Shown here one piece after another: positions 52,989-57,753 of a DNA stretch of 57,753 nt. Origin of the DNA: a virus (Duplodnaviria > Caudoviricetes); IMG/VR virus record IMGVR_UViG_3300037156_000089, positions 1 through 57,753 of that record. One strand, given 5' to 3'. The notes beneath the pieces are model-generated. The model did no database searches. It saw only the letters and a program-made list of their open reading frames with translations, and was not told where the DNA came from. Every line of letters begins with the position of its first letter. Positions within the stretch are counted from its first letter, which is position 1. The position numbers and the translations under genes are program-made.

Positions 52989-54911
52989 ATGAAGCCCGTG
53001 TCCCGCCTTCTCTCGGCGCTCTGGATCATCGTCTCTGGCCTCATGGCCGGAGGCGTCAATCCGGCGTTCGCGCTCAGCGGCAATAGCCTGTTTGAGACCT
53101 CCGCGCTCAGCCATGTGTCGAGGGATCATTACGATGCGGAAGGCATCGATTGGGCGCGAGATCGTGTTGAGGTCGCGTCTCTCATCGGGCCGCGCCGGGC
53201 GCTGCTAGGCGGGAGTGGGTTCAAGCCCGCCCTCTCCCTGCCGTTCTACCAGATGTCCACCGGCGCGGACCTCTCCTCGCGCGGCGTCACGTACTCCGGC
53301 CCCGGCAACAAGACACAGTATGACAGCACGGGGAAGCTGACGTACGCGCCGAATAACCTGATCCCAAACTCAACATCCTCGACTTGGTGGTCCACCGGCA
53401 AGTCAGCGGGAACCACGGTCACGGGCGGGCAAGTTGACCCTTTTGGCGGGGCACTGGCTTCTCAGCTTACCTTCGGCGCTCAAGGCGATTTTGCGGGCTC
53501 AAATATCGCGACGCTAGCTGCTAGTAACTACATCAACTCACTGTGGGTTCAGGGTAACGCAAGCGGCACGATCCATCTTTTCGACGCATCACATGGTGCA
53601 TGGAATGTCTCAGTTCCAGTAACAACTACTTGGACTAGGGTTGATACCGGTTCGATCTTTATCGCTTCTGGCCGCATTATAGCGATTCAGCGAGGATCTG
53701 GGGATCTTACTCAAGTCAATGTGTATGCCCCCCAACTCGAAGCCGTCACCTACCAGACCACGCCCCGCACCTACGTTGCGACCACCAGCGCAACCTATTA
53801 CGGCCCGAGGTTCGACTACCGCTACAACGCGACAAGTGGCCTGTGGGAAGCCGCTGGCCTGCTGATCGAAGAGGTGCGGACGAACCTTGCGACTTACAGC
53901 GGCGACTATACAAACGCTGCGTGGACCCGGGCCGGCAAAGTCAACGTCACTGCAAATGCTATTCTTGCACCTGACGGTACAACGACAGCCCAAAAGCTAT
54001 CCGCCTCGGTTTCGGCAAGTGACAACTATCAGACCTTCCAAATTGGCAAGACGATAACCAGCGGATCGGCGTATACAGCGTCCGAGTACTTCAAGGCGGC
54101 TGAATACACATTCGGTATTCTCAACATCTATGACGGCACGAACAAGCGCGCATGGTTCAACCTATCGACAGGGACTGTTGCGACAACTGATGCCGGTGTC
54201 ACCGCCACGATCACCTCCGTGGGTGGAGGTTGGTATCGCTGCACGGCTACCGCCACGGCGGGCTCTACCAGCGGCGGCATGTCCATTGAGTTCTCCAACG
54301 CTGACAATGTGTTTACATTCGCGGCGACTGCTGGCTCCGGGGTGTATGCCTACGGGACGCAATACGAACTCGGCTCCTTCGCCACCAGCTATATCCCAGA
54401 TACGTCCGCAGCCGTTACTAGAGCGGCTGACTATGTGAGCATGACGGGGACGGCGTTCTCGAGCTGGTATAATCAGGCGGAAGGAACTTGGGTTGTCGAG
54501 GCGGACTCCGCAAAGCCGAGCGGTGGTTCTGCTGGCGTGTTCGTCGTTAGCGATAATACTGGCAACGAGCGGATGCTAATCTCTCACGATCTGAGCGGCA
54601 CGAACATTGAGTCCATCGTGATCTCAGGGGCTGTGCCACAGGCCGATATTATCTCTGCGGGCTCGACCACGACGGGTTCCGCGTACAAGACGGCGCTCGC
54701 CTACAAGGCAAATGACATCGCGGCGGTTACCGCGGGCGGCACGGTTGGTACTGACACATCTGCCACTATCCCGACCGTGAACCGATTGGACTTCGGGTTC
54801 TATTACCCCGGCCTGTCTAGCTCGAATATCCTCAACGGCCACATCAAGTCCCTCGACTATTACCGCACCCGCCTACCCAACCCCACGCTCGTCACCAAGT
54901 CGACACCATAA
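52989..54911 (+). CDS. Signal-peptide spike/fibre protein with duplicated carbohydrate-binding-like and LamG-like domains
   Basis: PRFDY..GLLIEEVRTNL; SFATSYIP..VTRAAD; WYNQAEGT; LNGHIKSLDYY. Confidence 0.85.
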   Translation: MKPVSRLLSALWIIVSGLMAGGVNPAFALSGNSLFETSALSHVSRDHYDAEGIDWARDRVEVASLIGPRRALLGGSGFKPALSLPFYQMSTGADLSSRGVTYSGPGNKTQYDSTGKLTYAPNNLIPNSTSSTWWSTGKSAGTTVTGGQVDPFGGALASQLTFGAQGDFAGSNIATLAASNYINSLWVQGNASGTIHLFDASHGAWNVSVPVTTTWTRVDTGSIFIASGRIIAIQRGSGDLTQVNVYAPQLEAVTYQTTPRTYVATTSATYYGPRFDYRYNATSGLWEAAGLLIEEVRTNLATYSGDYTNAAWTRAGKVNVTANAILAPDGTTTAQKLSASVSASDNYQTFQIGKTITSGSAYTASEYFKAAEYTFGILNIYDGTNKRAWFNLSTGTVATTDAGVTATITSVGGGWYRCTATATAGSTSGGMSIEFSNADNVFTFAATAGSGVYAYGTQYELGSFATSYIPDTSAAVTRAADYVSMTGTAFSSWYNQAEGTWVVEADSAKPSGGSAGVFVVSDNTGNERMLISHDLSGTNIESIVISGAVPQADIISAGSTTTGSAYKTALAYKANDIAAVTAGGTVGTDTSATIPTVNRLDFGFYYPGLSSSNILNGHIKSLDYYRTRLPNPTLVTKSTP

Positions 54912-54924
54912 GGAGGGCGCACAG

Positions 54925-55302
54925 ATGGATTACGTTCTCAAGTCACCCTCCCAAGCCGCCTTCATGGCCGCAGCGGAACAACTCGGCTACGTCCAGCGCG
55001 ACACGGACGGCACCAACCCGCGCCTCATCGCGCAGGGCATCACGAGTGACGGCGGGGATTACTTCATAAATGTCGTGGGTGATGCTTTCAAGCCCACTGG
55101 CAAGATGCTCATCGGACCGATGGGGCCTTATCCTGAAATGGTGCAGGACCCCGGCTATTGGGTGCGTATCAGGCCCAACAACGGGCGGCCTCTCCCGGAA
55201 CTGCCTGATGGGTTCGAACTGTTCCCGCCCAAGAAGTATCTCGCGGATGGCGTGACGGTCGATACGAGCTATGTGCAGCCGCCCTATGGGGAGATCGCCT
55301 AA
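54925..55302 (+). CDS. Fibre-associated protein / chaperone
   Basis: AGGAGG RBS; G..FKPTG..PGYWVRIR; follows the spike gene. Confidence 0.65.
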   Translation: MDYVLKSPSQAAFMAAAEQLGYVQRDTDGTNPRLIAQGITSDGGDYFINVVGDAFKPTGKMLIGPMGPYPEMVQDPGYWVRIRPNNGRPLPELPDGFELFPPKKYLADGVTVDTSYVQPPYGEIA

Positions 55303-55328
55303 CCGCTTCCGCTTTCCGGCAATCCAGC

Positions 55329-55353
55329 AACCCGCCCTCGTGGCGGGTTTTTT
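55329..55353 (+). terminator. Rho-independent terminator
   Basis: AACCCGCC-CTCGT-GGCGGGTT-TTTT. Confidence 0.85.
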
Positions 55354-55367
55354 ATTGAGGCAAGCTC

Positions 55368-55793
55368 ATGATTAATCTCGATCCATCATCGCTATCCAAG
55401 CTGGTCGGCGTGCACCCCGATCTCATCAAGGTCGTGCACCGAGTGGCTGAACTCTCGACGATCCCATTCTGCGTCGTCTACGGCGTTCGGACGATCGCCG
55501 AGGAAATCGAAGCGATAGATTCGGGCCACTCTTCCCTGAGCGACCCGACGAAATGCCGCCACGTCCCGACGGGCCACCCGCCCTATGGGCACGCTGTCGA
55601 TATCGCTCTCTGGCTCAACGGCCGGCCGTCCTTTCACGACAACGCGCAGATGACGACGTTCATCAAGATCGGCCAGCTTTTCCAGCAAGTCGGCGTCGAG
55701 CTGAAGGTTCCCGGCGGCATCCGCTCTGGCTTCATGTGGAAGACATTCAAGGACTGGGGCCACCACGAGCTCACGGCATGGGCCTATCCCTGA
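55368..55793 (+). CDS. Endolysin, M15 L-Ala-D-Glu peptidase family
   Basis: SLSKLVGVHPDL; GVRT..E; RH..GHAVDI; W..FKDWGHHEL. Confidence 0.88.
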   Translation: MINLDPSSLSKLVGVHPDLIKVVHRVAELSTIPFCVVYGVRTIAEEIEAIDSGHSSLSDPTKCRHVPTGHPPYGHAVDIALWLNGRPSFHDNAQMTTFIKIGQLFQQVGVELKVPGGIRSGFMWKTFKDWGHHELTAWAYP

Positions 55794-55811
55794 CCTTCGG
55801 AGCCATTGGCT

Positions 55812-56444
55812 ATGCGTCATTCTGATCTCGCCGCGCTCGCGCAGCGCGCATACACGGCCACGCCCGAATGGCAATGCGCCGGGCACGTCCGGGCGATGCT
55901 CGACATAGTCGATGGGGTTCCTGTCGTCTCGGTGCCGGGCACGGACCCGATGAGCTTCGCGGACGATTCCCGCGATCTCGATTGCGATCAGGTGTTCGTT
56001 CCGGGCCTCGGCTACTGCCACGACGGGTTCCAGAGCGCGGCCCTTTCGATTTGGCCGATGGTGAAGGAAACGCTCTTCGCCAACGGCAAGCACGCGCCTC
56101 GGATCACATTCACCGGCCACTCGCTCGGCGGCGCAATCGCGGTGATCCTCGCTGCCCTGACGTTACGCGACAAGCTCGCCGATGAGGTGGAACTCGTCAC
56201 GTTCGGATGCCCGCGCGTCGGTGCGCAACGCCTCGCCCTGAGCCTCTTCTCCGCGAAAAAGACGCTGTACCGCTTCGGGATCGATCCGGTGACGCAAGTG
56301 CCGTTCACCTGGCTCTTCCACCTCCCTCCCGTCGTCTACATGCACCCCACAACGATCTCGCGCATAGGCGCGCCGGAACTGCCGCTGATCTGCAATCACG
56401 CAATCAGCAATTACGTGACTGAGCTTCAACGGCTCGGCCTTTAA
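55812..56444 (+). CDS. Class-3 lipase (alpha/beta hydrolase)
   Basis: VSVPGT; CHDGF; FTGHSLGGAIA; TFGCPRVG; DPVTQVP; HAISNY. Confidence 0.9.
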   Translation: MRHSDLAALAQRAYTATPEWQCAGHVRAMLDIVDGVPVVSVPGTDPMSFADDSRDLDCDQVFVPGLGYCHDGFQSAALSIWPMVKETLFANGKHAPRITFTGHSLGGAIAVILAALTLRDKLADEVELVTFGCPRVGAQRLALSLFSAKKTLYRFGIDPVTQVPFTWLFHLPPVVYMHPTTISRIGAPELPLICNHAISNYVTELQRLGL

Positions 56445-56451
56445 AGGAGTA

Positions 56452-57084
56452 ATGACCATGGATGGAACGAAATCTCTGCTCGCGAGCCGGACTTTTTGGG
56501 GTGCCGTCCTCGCGCTTATCGGCATTGTCGCGCCCGCCTTTCACCTGACCGCGCTCGCTTCATGGGCCGGCGCACCCGCGACGCTCGACACCATCCTCCA
56601 GGTTGCGGGCATTGCGGGCGGCCTGCTTGCGATCGTCGGGCGCATCGGTGCAACCAAGACGATCACCCTTCCGACCAGCGCGGGGCCGACCGTTGGTCTC
56701 CTCGCATTTCTGGCAGTCCTGCCGCTCGGCCTCGGCGGATGCGCGAAGGTCGTGGACCAGTTGCAGCAGGGCACGGTCGCATTGACCAATTTCAATAACG
56801 CTCTGATTCAGCTTCAGCTCACGATCCTCGGCAACATGCAGGCGCAGGCCAAGCAGCTTGCGCCGCTCGTCTGCGGCACGATCTCGCTCGGCACCACGAT
56901 TGCCGCCAACCCGGCCGTCGCGGGATCCGTGAATGACTACCTCGGCAAGCACAAGGCCGCAGGGCAGATTATCGCGGTCGCCAGTGAGCTTTGCGCAGTC
57001 GCCGGCCTGCCTGTCACGGTTACGGCGGTCCCTGCGGGGGCAACTGTTCCCGTGCCGGCCGCGCCCCCCGCAGTGGGAGGCTGA
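56452..57084 (+). CDS. Holin-like membrane protein fused to a lipoprotein-like domain
   Basis: TKSLLASRTFWGA..LAIVGRIGATKTI, then LLAFLAVLPLGLGGC lipobox-like segment. Confidence 0.65.
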   Translation: MTMDGTKSLLASRTFWGAVLALIGIVAPAFHLTALASWAGAPATLDTILQVAGIAGGLLAIVGRIGATKTITLPTSAGPTVGLLAFLAVLPLGLGGCAKVVDQLQQGTVALTNFNNALIQLQLTILGNMQAQAKQLAPLVCGTISLGTTIAANPAVAGSVNDYLGKHKAAGQIIAVASELCAVAGLPVTVTAVPAGATVPVPAAPPAVGG

Positions 57085-57086
57085 AC

Positions 57087-57377
57087 ATGTCGCCAGAAGC
57101 CCGGCAATTCATCGACGCCCGTGTGGCGGACATCGCGCGGATTAACGCCGTCGCGAAAGCCATCACGGGGTCGCCGATCACGCTCGAGATGGAGGCCATT
57201 ATTCCCGGACTGGCTCAGATCGTGGCTCAGATCGAAGTCGCGGAGGAGATCGCGAGTCTCCTCACGACGGCGGTCCCGATTCTCGAAGGCCTTTCGGGCG
57301 TTTTCATCGGCCTTGAGATCAGGCCAATGACGGTCGAGGAAATGGCCGCGCGCGACGAAGAGGCGAACTGGCATTAA
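57087..57377 (+). CDS. Hypothetical lysis-region protein
   Basis: GGAGG RBS; MSPEARQF. Confidence 0.6.
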   Translation: MSPEARQFIDARVADIARINAVAKAITGSPITLEMEAIIPGLAQIVAQIEVAEEIASLLTTAVPILEGLSGVFIGLEIRPMTVEEMAARDEEANWH

Positions 57378-57484
57378 GCCAGCGCTGAAGGATCGGAATC
57401 GACAACACTTTTGGTGAACATGGGGGCTGGGCGTATGGCGACGGGGACAGAGGGCGAAGTAGGCACGATCACGGGCGCGCTCAA

Positions 57485-57753
57485 ATGATCGGGGACTTTC
57501 AGGGCACGACAATCACCGTAGGGGCACTACTCCTCATCGCGGGCGCAATATGGGGCGTGGTTCGAACGCTCGATTGGCTAAATGCCAAGTTTACGGCGAA
57601 CGAAGATGCGAGCAAGCAGCTCCTGAAGGAGAAGATCGAAGAGGCGGTTTTACCCATTGCGATCAAACAATCGGCCAGCGAATTAAGGGCTGAGCAGCTA
57701 TCCGAGAAGCTCAAAGATTTCGAGGTCAGCGTAGTTTCGAACTTCGTCTCGAA
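57485..57753 (+). CDS. N-terminal TM + coiled-coil lysis-region protein; continues across the origin to stop at 245
   Basis: MIGDFQGTTITVGALLLIAGAIWGVV.. reads in frame through the repeat to TGA at 243-245. Confidence 0.7.
   Translation, partial: MIGDFQGTTITVGALLLIAGAIWGVVRTLDWLNAKFTANEDASKQLLKEKIEEAVLPIAIKQSASELRAEQLSEKLKDFEVSVVSNFVS
57627..57753. repeat. Terminal direct repeat, copy 2
   Basis: Identical to 1-127. Confidence 0.97.

Noticed and set aside
50734-54911. Diversity-generating retroelement or invertible fibre cassette
   Set aside because: No reverse transcriptase or invertase; no adenine-variant TR/VR pair or flanking inverted repeats seen
57627-57753. 127-bp terminal repeat as a biological DTR or att site
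   Set aside because: Length equals a common assembler k-mer and it falls mid-ORF; best read as circular overlap

Overview
The window is one apparently complete, circularly permuted ~57.6 kb tailed-phage genome. Bases 1-127 are repeated exactly at 57627-57753, which is typical of an assembler k-mer overlap, and one ORF reads across the join. The structural module is P22-like (podovirus): TerS, TerL, portal, scaffold, coat, gp4-like adaptor, gp10-like hub, ejection proteins and fibres. The early region is lambdoid: a CI/Cro switch with 17-bp operators at PL and PR, a RecE-like nuclease with a putative annealing protein, DnaB, a DUF1376 replication protein, and a Q-position gene. GcrA and DUF2312/GapR homologues point to an alphaproteobacterial host, probably Hyphomicrobiales (inference). 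I found no integrase or partitioning gene. Most unusual observations: (1) four virion-type or fibre proteins begin with canonical Sec signal peptides, including one placed directly in front of the conserved fibre head-binding domain, which suggests exported, periplasm-matured virion parts. (2) The gp10-like tail-hub gene is split, and its conserved C-terminus is carried by a separate SPRY plus 20-aa-repeat protein. (3) The left arm has unrelated small ORFs bounded by shared junction sequences, like exchangeable cassettes. (4) A covarying hairpin leader occurs three times, twice paired with a divergent RHH gene, in front of different cargo. (5) A ~1.2 kb structured non-coding region with tRNA T-arms follows the late promoter. 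Also present: two Rha antirepressors with kissing-loop leaders, a DUF2829/Tad2-like gene, eight HNH-type nucleases, and a lysis cassette with a class-3 lipase and a holin-lipoprotein fusion. All family calls come from motif recognition by eye; no searches were run.
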